Origin: an uncultured Thermotogae bacterium
GTDB lineage: Bacteria; Bipolaricaulota; Bipolaricaulia; UBA7950; UBA9294
Assembly (NCBI GenBank): GCA_964416685.1
Contig: CAYQFN010000002.1
Location: forward strand, 1-34,210
Length of the DNA stretch: 34,210 bases
Direction: 5' to 3'
Part shown: positions 14,376-22,911 of the stretch, in pieces
Layout of the letters: every line of letters starts with the position of its first letter
Position numbering within the stretch: the first letter of the stretch is position 1
Made by a program: the position numbers and the translations under genes
Notes under the pieces: generated by a model
Seen by the model: only the letters and a program-made list of their open reading frames with translations
The model's database searches: none
Told to the model about the DNA's origin: nothing

Positions 14376-16900
14376 CGATCCTCGAATGGCGCTGGTTCTT
14401 GCTTCTTTGCCGTGGGCTCAGTAGGCGGCTCCAGCTGCTCCTCTTGCTCCTCTTCGTGGCTTTCCTGCTTTCCGCGCTTGGTCTCTCCCTGTGGGACGAT
14501 ACGCCGGAGCTTGTAGCGGCCGCGCTCATCGATGTCGAGGACCTCTACCTTCACCTTGTCGCCCGGCTTCACGACGTCTGATACTCGGCGTACGTACTCG
14601 TCGGAGAGGGCGGAGATGTGTATGAGACCCGTTACCTCCGGAGTGAGCTCGACGAAGGCGCCGTAGTCGGTCGTGTTGGCGATCGTGCCGTCGATGATGT
14701 CCCCAACCTTGATCGAAGGGTCGACCTTCTTGGGCGCATGGTGGCCGTTCTTCCCGTTCCCGCGGGAGTGCCCACGATGGTGCGAGCTCTCATCCCAGTT
14801 TGCTCCCTCGATGACGCGACGCAGGTCCGGTCGGCCCATCTTGTCCTCGCCGATGACCTCGATCGTGATCTCGTCACCCGGCTTGACGATGTCGCGCACG
14901 TTGTCCACGAAACCGGGAGCGAGGTTGGAGACGTGCACCAGCCCTTCGCTTCCGTTCTTCAGATCGACGAACGCTCCGAAGTCGACCACGCGCGTCACCT
15001 TCGTCGTCATTTTTGTGCCGACCTCGATCTCCGCTGTGAGGTCCTCGACCCAACGCTTCGCCGCCTCCACCGACTCCATGTCCACGCTGGCCAGCTTCAC
15101 CGTGCCATCGTCCTCGATGTCGATCTGGGCTCCGGTCTCCTCGATGATCTTGCGGATCATCTTTCCCCCCGGTCCGATGACGAGTCCGATCTTCTCCCGC
15201 GGGATGGTGATCGTCTCCAATCGAGGTGCGTACATCGACAGCTGCTCACGCGGTTCAGGGAGGGTCTGCTCCATCTTGGCCAGGATCTCCAAGCGGGCTT
15301 GCTTCGCCTGTTCGAGTGCCTTACGCAGTGTATCGCGCCCGATCCCCCCGACCTTTACATCCAGCTGGAACCCGGTGATCCCATCGCGCGTCCCGATCAC
15401 CTTGAAGTCCATGTCGCCGTAGTGATCTTCGTCGCCGAGGATATCGGTGAGGATGACCCGCCTCTGCGTAGATTCATCCTCGATCATCCCCATAGCGATT
15501 CCAGCCACCGGCTTCTTGATCGGAACACCGGCGTCCATCATAGCCAGCGATCCGCTGCACACCGTCGCCATCGAGGAAGAGCCGTTCGACTCGAGAATCT
15601 CCGACACGATGCGGATTACGTATGGGAATTCTTCCTCGCTTGGGAGGACGGCGCGAAGCCCGCCCTCGGCAAGGTAGCCGTGTCCGATGGAGCGTCGGCT
15701 GGGAGAGCCCATCCGCCTAACTTCCCCTACGGAATAGGGAGGGAAGTTATAGTGGAGCATGAACCGCTTCGTCCCTTCCTTCATCATCTGATCGATGATC
15801 TGCTCATCGCCGCGCGTCGCGCCAAGGGTGGCGATCCCCAGGCTTTGGGTCTCGCCACGGGTGAAGATGGCCGAACCGTGCGCGCGGGGAAGGACGCCGA
15901 CTTCGCACGTGATGTTCCTAATCTCATCCGGTCGACGACCGTCGATGCGCACCCCGCGATCGAGGATTTGATTGCGCATATACTCCCGATACAGGTCGTC
16001 GACGATGGCGGCAACCTTCTTCTGCAGCGCGGGCGCCTCGTCGGACGGGACGGCATCCGTGACGATGCTCTCTATGGCGTGATCGCGCAGCGATTTTACG
16101 AAATCGGCGCGTTCTTTCTTGTTTCCTAGAGAGCTCATGGCGGGAAACTCACGGTTGACCAGTGCAGCTACTCGCTCACGCAGAGAAGCATCCTCCTCGG
16201 GCGAAGGAGCGATCTCCTTCTTCACCGGGTGCACCCGTTCCACAAACCTCTCTTGCAGCTCGACGAGCTGCCGGATCGCGTCGTGTCCGATGCCGATCGC
16301 GCTCACGACCTCCTCTTCAGAGAGCTCGTTCATCAGCCCCTCAACCATGGTCACCGTCTGCTTCGTCCCCGCGACCGTGATCTCCATACTCCCCTCTTCC
16401 TTTACCTCGGCACCGGGGTTCACCACGAACTGTCCGTCCTTGTACCCAACTTGCACACCGGCTATCGGGCCGTTGAACGGAGCCTCGGAGATCATCAGCG
16501 CTGCCGATGCTCCCAGGATGCTCAGCATGCTTGGCGAGCAGTCGATCTCGGCCGAGAGGACGGTGGCGACGATCTGTACCTCCTCTTTGTACCCATCAGG
16601 GAAGAGCGGCCGGATCGGCCGGTCTATCATGCGTGCGCTGAGAATGGCGACGTCGCTTGGACGCCCCTCACGCTTGAAGAAGCCACCGGGGATCTTGCCG
16701 CTGGCGTAGAAACGCTCTTCGTAGTCGACACGAAGCGGAAAATAGTCGATATCCTCTCTGCTCTCTTGTACACATACGGTTACTAGGACACGTGTGTCTC
16801 CATAACTTGCCAGTACAGCTCCACTCGCCTGCTTGGCGAGCCTCCCCGTCTCTAGGGAGAATTCTTTACCATTAAATTCTATACTTTCCTTGATTAACAT
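14369..16900 (-). CDS. pnp: Polyribonucleotide nucleotidyltransferase (PNPase) with two tandem C-terminal S1 domains and a charged tail
   Basis: 843 aa. Two RNase PH-like cores, a KH domain (IGLVIGPGGKMIRKI), then S1 number 1 (VTRVVDFGAFVDLKNGSEGLVHVS), a His/Gly/Lys-rich linker, S1 number 2 (GTIANTTDYGAFVELTPEVTGLIHIS) and an E/Q/K-rich tail. Confidence 0.95.
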   Translation of the reverse strand: MLIKESIEFNGKEFSLETGRLAKQASGAVLASYGDTRVLVTVCVQESREDIDYFPLRVDYEERFYASGKIPGGFFKREGRPSDVAILSARMIDRPIRPLFPDGYKEEVQIVATVLSAEIDCSPSMLSILGASAALMISEAPFNGPIAGVQVGYKDGQFVVNPGAEVKEEGSMEITVAGTKQTVTMVEGLMNELSEEEVVSAIGIGHDAIRQLVELQERFVERVHPVKKEIAPSPEEDASLRERVAALVNREFPAMSSLGNKKERADFVKSLRDHAIESIVTDAVPSDEAPALQKKVAAIVDDLYREYMRNQILDRGVRIDGRRPDEIRNITCEVGVLPRAHGSAIFTRGETQSLGIATLGATRGDEQIIDQMMKEGTKRFMLHYNFPPYSVGEVRRMGSPSRRSIGHGYLAEGGLRAVLPSEEEFPYVIRIVSEILESNGSSSMATVCSGSLAMMDAGVPIKKPVAGIAMGMIEDESTQRRVILTDILGDEDHYGDMDFKVIGTRDGITGFQLDVKVGGIGRDTLRKALEQAKQARLEILAKMEQTLPEPREQLSMYAPRLETITIPREKIGLVIGPGGKMIRKIIEETGAQIDIEDDGTVKLASVDMESVEAAKRWVEDLTAEIEVGTKMTTKVTRVVDFGAFVDLKNGSEGLVHVSNLAPGFVDNVRDIVKPGDEITIEVIGEDKMGRPDLRRVIEGANWDESSHHRGHSRGNGKNGHHAPKKVDPSIKVGDIIDGTIANTTDYGAFVELTPEVTGLIHISALSDEYVRRVSDVVKPGDKVKVEVLDIDERGRYKLRRIVPQGETKRGKQESHEEEQEEQLEPPTEPTAKKQEPAPFEDRW

Positions 16901-16907
16901 CTCGCTA

Positions 16908-17180
16908 TTAAACTCCTCTGATTCCTAAGCTCTGAATCAATTTCTTGTATGCTGCGAGGTCGTGTTTTTTCACATACTTCATCAGCCGGCGCCGTTGGCC
17001 GACCATCTTTCGTAGGCCTGACTGAGAGCTAAAGTCCTTGCGGTGGACGTTTAGATGCTCGGTGAGCTCTCTGATTTTCTCGGTAAGCAGCGCAATCTGC
17101 ACCGCTGCCGATCCGGTATCCGTTTCACTTTGCCCGTATTTCTTTGCGATTTCCTCTTTCTGTTCCCGCGTTAGACTCAT
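16908..17180 (-). CDS. rpsO: 30S ribosomal protein S15
   Basis: 90 aa. [40 protein letters not shown] is canonical S15. Located immediately upstream of pnp. Confidence 0.95.
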   Translation of the reverse strand: MSLTREQKEEIAKKYGQSETDTGSAAVQIALLTEKIRELTEHLNVHRKDFSSQSGLRKMVGQRRRLMKYVKKHDLAAYKKLIQSLGIRGV

Positions 17181-17272
17181 CTTGTCCTCCTTATCGCCCG
17201 CTTCCGAGGGAGGGATTGCCCATCCCCCAGGAGGGGTTCGATAATTCTCTTCTCATCCCTGGGCATGATGCC

Positions 17273-18592
17273 TCAGGCCAATGGCTCAACTGGTGATGCC
17301 TTTCCGAACCTCCGGTTTACTTCGTACTTCACCCTCTCCTCATCTATGGTGAGAAGCTCCCTGTTCCGCAGCAGGAACTCCCCTGCCACGATGACGTCAG
17401 TCACATCGCTGGCATGCCCCGCATAGACAAGCGCGGAGAACGGGTCGTAAGCGGGCATGGCATCTACACCGGATAGATCAATAAGGACGATGTCCGCGTC
17501 TTCACCAGCGGCGATATTGCGTGCCCCCATGCCGAATGCCTGCGCCCCATTGCGCGTGGCCATCATAGCAGCCTCCTGCGCTGGCAGGGCGGTTGGGTCC
17601 TCCAAGCATGCCTTCTGGAGCAAGGACGCCATCCTCATCTCCTCGATCATGTCTTGGCTGTTGTTCGATGCTGCTCCGTCCGTCCCCAACGCGACGTTCA
17701 CCCCCGCATTGAGTAATGATACAACAGGAGCGTGGCCGTTTCCCAGCTTGGCGTTGCTCTTCGGACAGTGTACCGCGGTTACCGCGCGTTGCGCGAGAAT
17801 TTCCATCTCTTGCGCAGTGACGTGGACACAGTGTGCGGCAATGGTAGGAACGGAGAAGACGCCGATGCTGTCAAGCGCTATCACGGGTGTTTGGCCCCAG
17901 TTCTGCGTCGCCCATGCTACCTCGTCTCGCGTCTCGGCGAGGTGGATGTGCAGTGGAACATCCTTCTGTCGCGCCAGATCGACGGCTGCGGTCCATACAT
18001 CCCTTCCACATGTATAGATCGCGTGCGGACTGACCGCTGTCTTGATCCGTCCGTGTGATGCGCCCTCCCAGTGTTCGATCACTGATCGTGCCTTAGAAAG
18101 CTCATCCTTCCCGTGTTGGTCAAGCTCATCGGCCACGATCCCGTAGGAGAGAGTGGCGCGCATGTGGGCTTCGTTCACCGCGCGGGCGATGGAGTCGGTG
18201 TGAAAGTACATGTCGGCTACTTGTGTCGTTCCAGCCTTGATCATCTCAGCTAGGCTGAGAAGCGATCCCCAGTACACATCATCGGGGGTCAGTCTCTTTT
18301 CCGCTGGCCAGATATGCTTGTGTAACCACGTGTCAAGGGATACGTCGTCGGCTAAGCCGCGGAAGAGGCTCATTGGCAGGTGCGTATGCGCATTCACCAT
18401 CCCCGGCAGGGCGAGCCTTCCCTGTCCGTCGACGACGATATCATCTGCGGACACGGGGAGCGGTTGTTCAGCGACTGCGCTGATCATGCCGTTTTCGATG
18501 CGCACATCGACGGCCTTCACTGTTGCAGGGTCGCCGACAACGGCAATGACATTCTTGATGACGATACCTATTGACACTTCTTCCTTTCCCAT
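17273..18592 (-). CDS. mtaD: Amidohydrolase-superfamily deaminase, 5-methylthioadenosine/S-adenosylhomocysteine deaminase-like
   Basis: 439 aa. PGMVNAHTHLPMSLFRGLADD..L..WL...IWP, HLAET, HCVH and GTDGAASNN are metal-binding and signature blocks of the MtaD/chlorohydrolase group. Confidence 0.8.
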   Translation of the reverse strand: MGKEEVSIGIVIKNVIAVVGDPATVKAVDVRIENGMISAVAEQPLPVSADDIVVDGQGRLALPGMVNAHTHLPMSLFRGLADDVSLDTWLHKHIWPAEKRLTPDDVYWGSLLSLAEMIKAGTTQVADMYFHTDSIARAVNEAHMRATLSYGIVADELDQHGKDELSKARSVIEHWEGASHGRIKTAVSPHAIYTCGRDVWTAAVDLARQKDVPLHIHLAETRDEVAWATQNWGQTPVIALDSIGVFSVPTIAAHCVHVTAQEMEILAQRAVTAVHCPKSNAKLGNGHAPVVSLLNAGVNVALGTDGAASNNSQDMIEEMRMASLLQKACLEDPTALPAQEAAMMATRNGAQAFGMGARNIAAGEDADIVLIDLSGVDAMPAYDPFSALVYAGHASDVTDVIVAGEFLLRNRELLTIDEERVKYEVNRRFGKASPVEPLA

Positions 18593-18601
18593 CTAGCGGA
18601 A

Positions 18602-18630
18602 ATTATAGCCTCTGTGAGGACCTCCTGCAA
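18602..18630 (-). promoter_or_regulatory. Candidate promoter for mtaD: TTGCAG, 17 nt spacer, TATAAT, with the -10 box ending 9 nt before the ATG
   Basis: The minus strand reads TATAAT (plus-strand coordinates 18607-18602), then ttccgctag, then ATG (18592). A perfect TTGACA (18636-18631) is also present, but its 23 nt spacing is too long. Confidence 0.35.
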
Positions 18631-18664
18631 TGTCAACACCTCCTCGCCCGAGGGGGCTCTCTGT

Positions 18665-18673
18665 TGATATAAT
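18665..18673 (+). promoter_or_regulatory. Candidate extended -10 promoter (TGaTATAAT) for yraN, ending 9 nt before the ATG
   Basis: TGATATAAT was read at 18665-18673, then ggagagcag, then ATG 18683. No recognisable -35. Confidence 0.35.
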
Positions 18674-18682
18674 GGAGAGCAG

Positions 18683-19054
18683 ATGATGAACAAAAGAGAG
18701 CGGATCGGGAAGGAGGGAGAGCGTCTCGCCTGTGTGTATCTACGACAACACGGGTATGCAATCATCGAACGGAATTGGCGATGCAGATTCGGGGAGATCG
18801 ACATTATCGCGCGTGATGGGGAGACGCTTGCCTTTATCGAGGTGAAGCGGCGCTCCGGTTCCGGATACGGGGGAGCGGAAGCGGCACTCACTCTGCGCAA
18901 GCAGCGGCGAATAGTGACTGCTGCACGAATGTACCTTTCGCAGACGCGCAGTGACCTGCCTGTGCGATTTGACCTCGTCGCGATAGAGGGAGGAAGGATA
19001 ACTTTGCTCAAGAACGCGTTTCAACTGGAGGAGCGGTGTACTCCCGCCTTGTAA
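18683..19054 (+). CDS. yraN: YraN-family (UPF0102) endonuclease-like protein
   Basis: 123 aa. GKEGERLACVYLRQHGYAIIERNWRCRFGEIDIIARDGETLAFIEVKRR is the UPF0102 signature. Confidence 0.85.
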   Translation: MMNKRERIGKEGERLACVYLRQHGYAIIERNWRCRFGEIDIIARDGETLAFIEVKRRSGSGYGGAEAALTLRKQRRIVTAARMYLSQTRSDLPVRFDLVAIEGGRITLLKNAFQLEERCTPAL

Positions 19055-20568
19055 GCAGCGTCGTTGTGGGGATCGAGGCGCGCTATGTAGAGATCCAGAC
19101 GGACGTGACCGGCGGTCTGCCCGCGTTTCAGGTGGTGGGACTGCCGGAGAAGGAGGTGAGCGAGAGCAGGGAGCGGGTGCGCTCGGCGATCAAGAACTCC
19201 GGATTCTCTTTCCCGGCAAAACGCATCACCGCCAATCTCGCTCCGGCTGATCTGCGCAAGGAGGGGGTGGGGTTCGACCTCCCTATCGCCTTGGCGATCC
19301 TGCTCGCTTCGGAACAGATTGCATCGACAGGGCAAGAGTACATCATCGTTGGTGAGCTGTCTCTGAACGGTGAAGTGCGCCACGTGCCTGGAGTCCTCCC
19401 GATCGCCATGCTGGCCGCTTTAGGGGATTACGCTGGTCTGATAGTACCCGAGCAGAACGCGACCGAGGCCGCCCTTGTCGATGGCGTTCGCGTCTATCCT
19501 GTATCGACCCTGGCGCAAGCGGCAGCCTTCATCGCTGGACTCGTTCCCATCGAGCCATTTACCGTTGACCGCCAGGCGCTTCTCGAGGATGCGTACGTGC
19601 CGCCGGATGTTGATATGTCCGATGTGAAGGGGCAGGAGATGGCAAAGCGGGCACTGGAGATCGCCGCAGCCGGTGGCCATAACTTGATGATGAGCGGTCC
19701 GCCGGGCGCGGGAAAGAGCATGCTCGCTCACTGTCTTCCTGGGATACTGCCACCCCTCTCGTTCGAGGAATCTCTGGAGGTGACACGCGTTTACAGCATC
19801 GCCGGGCTACTCGAAGCGGAGACTCCTCTCATCACCCTCCCACCGTTTCGCGCGCCACATCAGACCATTTCATACGCGGGGATGGTCGGGGGTGGACATG
19901 GACTTCCCGGGCCGGGAGAGATTACGCTCGCTCACCATGGTGTGTTGTTCCTCGATGAGACGCCGGAGTTTGATCGGCACGTGCTGGAGACACTGCGCCA
20001 GCCGCTCGAGGATCGGTCGATCCTCCTGTCGCGCGCGGGGGTGTCGGTTCGCTATCCGGCGAGCTTCACCCTTATCGGTGCGATGAACCCCTGCCCCTGC
20101 GGGCACCTTGGCGATCACACCCACCCCTGTACATGCACGTTGAGTGAGATCAAGCGCTATCGTAAGAGGCTCTCCGGTCCGTTCCTCGATCGGATCGACT
20201 TGTTTGTCGAGGTCCCTCGCCTCACCACGGATGAGCTCCTGGCCCGCCCGCAGGGCGAAAGGTCATCTGCGGTACGTGAGAGGGTGAAACGGGCAAGGAG
20301 AATACAGCTTGAACGATTTCAAGGGACTGCCAGCAGGTTCACAAACGCGCAGATGTCGACCAAGGAGATTGAAACTTACTGCGTCGTCGATAAAGAGGGG
20401 CGGGAGCTTATGGAGCTTGCCATCGCTCGCCTTGGCTTGAGTGCTCGCGGCTACACGCGTACACTGAAGGTAGCCCGGACCATCGCCGATCTGGAAGATT
20501 CAGTGAGCATCACGAGCGCTCACCTGGCAGAGGCGATTCAGTATCGCGCAACGGACGATGCCCTGTGA
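19036..20568 (+). CDS. comM: YifB/ComM-family Mg-chelatase-like AAA+ ATPase
   Basis: 510 aa. N-terminal Lon-protease-like domain (GLPAFQVVGLPEKEV.ESRERV, ITANLAPADLRKEG). Walker A GPPGAGKS. Walker B VLFLDE. Cys/His cluster NPCPCGHLGDHTHPCTC. GTG start with GGAGGAG upstream. Overlaps yraN by 19 nt. Confidence 0.9.
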   Translation: MYSRLVSSVVVGIEARYVEIQTDVTGGLPAFQVVGLPEKEVSESRERVRSAIKNSGFSFPAKRITANLAPADLRKEGVGFDLPIALAILLASEQIASTGQEYIIVGELSLNGEVRHVPGVLPIAMLAALGDYAGLIVPEQNATEAALVDGVRVYPVSTLAQAAAFIAGLVPIEPFTVDRQALLEDAYVPPDVDMSDVKGQEMAKRALEIAAAGGHNLMMSGPPGAGKSMLAHCLPGILPPLSFEESLEVTRVYSIAGLLEAETPLITLPPFRAPHQTISYAGMVGGGHGLPGPGEITLAHHGVLFLDETPEFDRHVLETLRQPLEDRSILLSRAGVSVRYPASFTLIGAMNPCPCGHLGDHTHPCTCTLSEIKRYRKRLSGPFLDRIDLFVEVPRLTTDELLARPQGERSSAVRERVKRARRIQLERFQGTASRFTNAQMSTKEIETYCVVDKEGRELMELAIARLGLSARGYTRTLKVARTIADLEDSVSITSAHLAEAIQYRATDDAL

Positions 20569-20685
20569 TTAGCGCACACGCAGGCGGGAGGATTCACAGA
20601 AAATACACATTGTGTTTGTATAGTTACCAAACGTGTAGCTCTCGTATAGACTGGTCTTGTTGGCCATTACCGATAAGGAGGAGAG

Positions 20686-22851
20686 ATGAGACGTAGCTTA
20701 TTGCTTATCCTGGGATGTCTGTTGATCGTCGGATTGAGCGTGACAGCAGCGAACTTCCCGGTCACTGTGTCAGGGATTGCTGTCGATGGAAATGTGAACA
20801 TCAAGACGAGCGACATCATGAAGGCGATCACCTTTCACGCTGGGGATGAGATCACAGCCGATCAACTGAAGAGTGCGTCGCAAGCGGTCTACGACCTTGG
20901 CTGGTTCAGTGACGTAATCCCGGAGATCGACGATACGGGAATGGTGACGTTCAAGGTGAGCGAGAACCCGGTGGTGAAGAAGATCGAGATTACGGGGAAC
21001 GTGAACACAGAGCCGTTCAGCATTCTTGGGTTCACCCTGTTTCGTACTCGCATCATGACCAGTGATAAGGCACGCAGCATCCTGCGCGACAACGGAGTGA
21101 AGACAGGGAAGGTCTTGAACAACAACTCGTTGAAGGATGGGCTGCAAGCGGTGATCGATGCCTACGAGAAGAAGGGCTACGCCCTGATCATGATCGGCAA
21201 GGTAACCCCGGGCGAGACGCTATCGATACAGATCATCGAAGGAAGAATAACAGCGAACATAGTGACCGGCTTGTCCACCGTCCCAGAGAAGATCGCCGAG
21301 GATATGATCGACCTGCCGCTGAACGAGTGTTTGAAGAAGGCGGCGATCCAGCGGGTGATGTCAAACCTGCAGGGATCGGTCTATTTCTCCAATGTTGATG
21401 TCAAGGTGCAACAAGGAGGGACACCTGATTCCGTGCGACTGGTGTGGACGCTAACGGAACGCAAGTTGATAGATGAGCCGATCACGATCAACGCGATCGA
21501 TCTCTTGGGGGTGACGCTCTTCCCGCGTCAGATCGCGGATGGAGCGATCGGTAACATACCTCAAGGGCAGATCGATAACTACGGGCTGTTACACGTCCTG
21601 GAGGGGCTGTTCAACCTTTACTACCGCAACGGGTACGTCATGGTGAGGTTCGTCCCCGGGCAGGTCACAAACGGTCGCCTTCCGCTCACTGTGGAGGAAG
21701 GGAAGATTGGAAAGATTGAGATTAGCGGCAACGATCGCACAAAGACGTACGTGATCGAGAAAGTTTTCGGAATGAAGCCGGGTGATATCCTAAACAAGAA
21801 TCGCCTGGCGGTCTCCTATCAGAGGCTGATGGCACTTAAGTACTTCAACTCGGTCAACGTGAATCCGCAGTGGTCAGACGATAGCGTTGATCTCTCGATC
21901 TCCGTCGTCGAGAACACGAAACTAGGCGGGATCAACGGATCGGTCGCCTTCTCCCCGGAGAGCGGAGGGCTCGTTGGAAAGCTTAACTACAGTCAGAAAA
22001 ACCTCTTTGGAACAGGACAGGATCTCTCCTTCTCATTCAGCCGCGGATTGGTGAACGATCAGAGCGCCACGTGGGACCTTGGCTACAGCACCGTCGGCTT
22101 CTTCCGCGCCTTCAACCGTGTGGGAGTCGATTTCTACCGCAAGAGTGATGAGAAGAGTGACAGTGAAGGAAATTCGACCACGTTCCTCAGTCTAGGAGGA
22201 ACAGCATCGATCAGCTACCCCGTCATGGACTATACAGACATGTCTCTTTCCTACAAGCACGAGACAGTGAGTGCCTCGGACGATGCAACCTGGCACCCGA
22301 TCGATTCGATCACAACCGGGCTTGCCTATGACGACGTGAACAACCCGCACTTCCCTACTTCTGGGGACAGGCGGTCGCTGACACTCGAAAAGGCGGGCGG
22401 TTTTGCTCCGGGGCCGGACTATGCCAAGTTCAACCTGAGCTGGGTCCACTTTACGCCGTTGTACAGCAACCTCCCATTTATCTCCGAGCGTGACCAGGTT
22501 CTCGCTGTGCGCTTGGCTGGGGGCTGGGGGGCGAACATACCGTACTCGCAGGCATACGACCTGGGCGGGCCGGGAACGATCCGCGGGACAACCGCAAGCC
22601 CAGTACAACGCCTGGCGTACGCTAACTTCGAATACCGCTTGGCTGTGGTAGAAGGTCTCACAGGAACTCTCTTCCTCGACACCGGCGTGCCCCTTGACAA
22701 CGTTAGTCTCTCGGCTGCAAAGGGATCGTTCGGGATCGAGTTTGGGATTGAGGCGGCAGGAATGTATGTTCGCCTGGACATGGCGTGGGTATTGGGGCCG
22801 GACATGGGATGGGTCCCACACTTCGACTTCGGGTTTAGCCCGATGTTCTAA
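20686..22851 (+). CDS. bamA: Omp85/BamA-family outer-membrane protein assembly factor (POTRA repeats plus beta-barrel)
   Basis: 721 aa. Signal peptide MRRSLLLILGCLLIVGLSVTAA. POTRA-like repeats (VSGIAVDGNVNIK...; VVKKIEITGN...; IGKIEISGNDRTKTYVI). Aromatic-rich barrel ending in the beta-signal-like GFSPMF. AAGGAGGAG SD. Confidence 0.85.
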   Translation: MRRSLLLILGCLLIVGLSVTAANFPVTVSGIAVDGNVNIKTSDIMKAITFHAGDEITADQLKSASQAVYDLGWFSDVIPEIDDTGMVTFKVSENPVVKKIEITGNVNTEPFSILGFTLFRTRIMTSDKARSILRDNGVKTGKVLNNNSLKDGLQAVIDAYEKKGYALIMIGKVTPGETLSIQIIEGRITANIVTGLSTVPEKIAEDMIDLPLNECLKKAAIQRVMSNLQGSVYFSNVDVKVQQGGTPDSVRLVWTLTERKLIDEPITINAIDLLGVTLFPRQIADGAIGNIPQGQIDNYGLLHVLEGLFNLYYRNGYVMVRFVPGQVTNGRLPLTVEEGKIGKIEISGNDRTKTYVIEKVFGMKPGDILNKNRLAVSYQRLMALKYFNSVNVNPQWSDDSVDLSISVVENTKLGGINGSVAFSPESGGLVGKLNYSQKNLFGTGQDLSFSFSRGLVNDQSATWDLGYSTVGFFRAFNRVGVDFYRKSDEKSDSEGNSTTFLSLGGTASISYPVMDYTDMSLSYKHETVSASDDATWHPIDSITTGLAYDDVNNPHFPTSGDRRSLTLEKAGGFAPGPDYAKFNLSWVHFTPLYSNLPFISERDQVLAVRLAGGWGANIPYSQAYDLGGPGTIRGTTASPVQRLAYANFEYRLAVVEGLTGTLFLDTGVPLDNVSLSAAKGSFGIEFGIEAAGMYVRLDMAWVLGPDMGWVPHFDFGFSPMF

Positions 22852-22852
22852 G

Positions 22853-22881
22853 ATGCAAGGAAGAAGGACGGGTTTTATAAT
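22853..22881 (+). promoter_or_regulatory. Candidate promoter for skp: ATGCAA, 17 nt spacer, TATAAT
   Basis: Perfect TATAAT at 22876-22881, 30 nt before the skp ATG. AGGAGG SD at 22901-22906. The -35 matches only 3 of 6 positions. Confidence 0.3.
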
Positions 22882-22911
22882 CTAGCGCGCTGTTAACAAA
22901 AGGAGGAAAGG

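Noticed and set aside
14618-16129. A 503 aa ORF on the plus strand, along with other long plus-strand ORFs at 14673-15422, 16119-16709 and 16229-16786.
   Set aside because: They lie entirely antisense to the well-supported pnp gene. Their translations are low-complexity and rich in Arg, Asp, Leu and His, with no recognisable motifs. These are typical shadow ORFs opposite a GC-rich, codon-biased gene.
17181-17272. A possible structured S15 autoregulatory leader upstream of rpsO, with GC-rich inverted segments such as CCCAGG..CCTGGG and GGGA..TCCC on the minus strand.
   Set aside because: Short complementary segments are present. I could not assemble a pseudoknot or three-way junction resembling known S15 leaders, and the region also has to contain the mtaD 3' end signals. 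It would need a covariance-model search.
20569-20685. TATAGT (20619-20624) and TATAGA (20645-20650) boxes upstream of bamA, considered as promoter elements.
   Set aside because: Neither has an acceptable -35 at 16-18 nt spacing (TTCACA is 20 nt away). The evidence is too weak to list as a feature.
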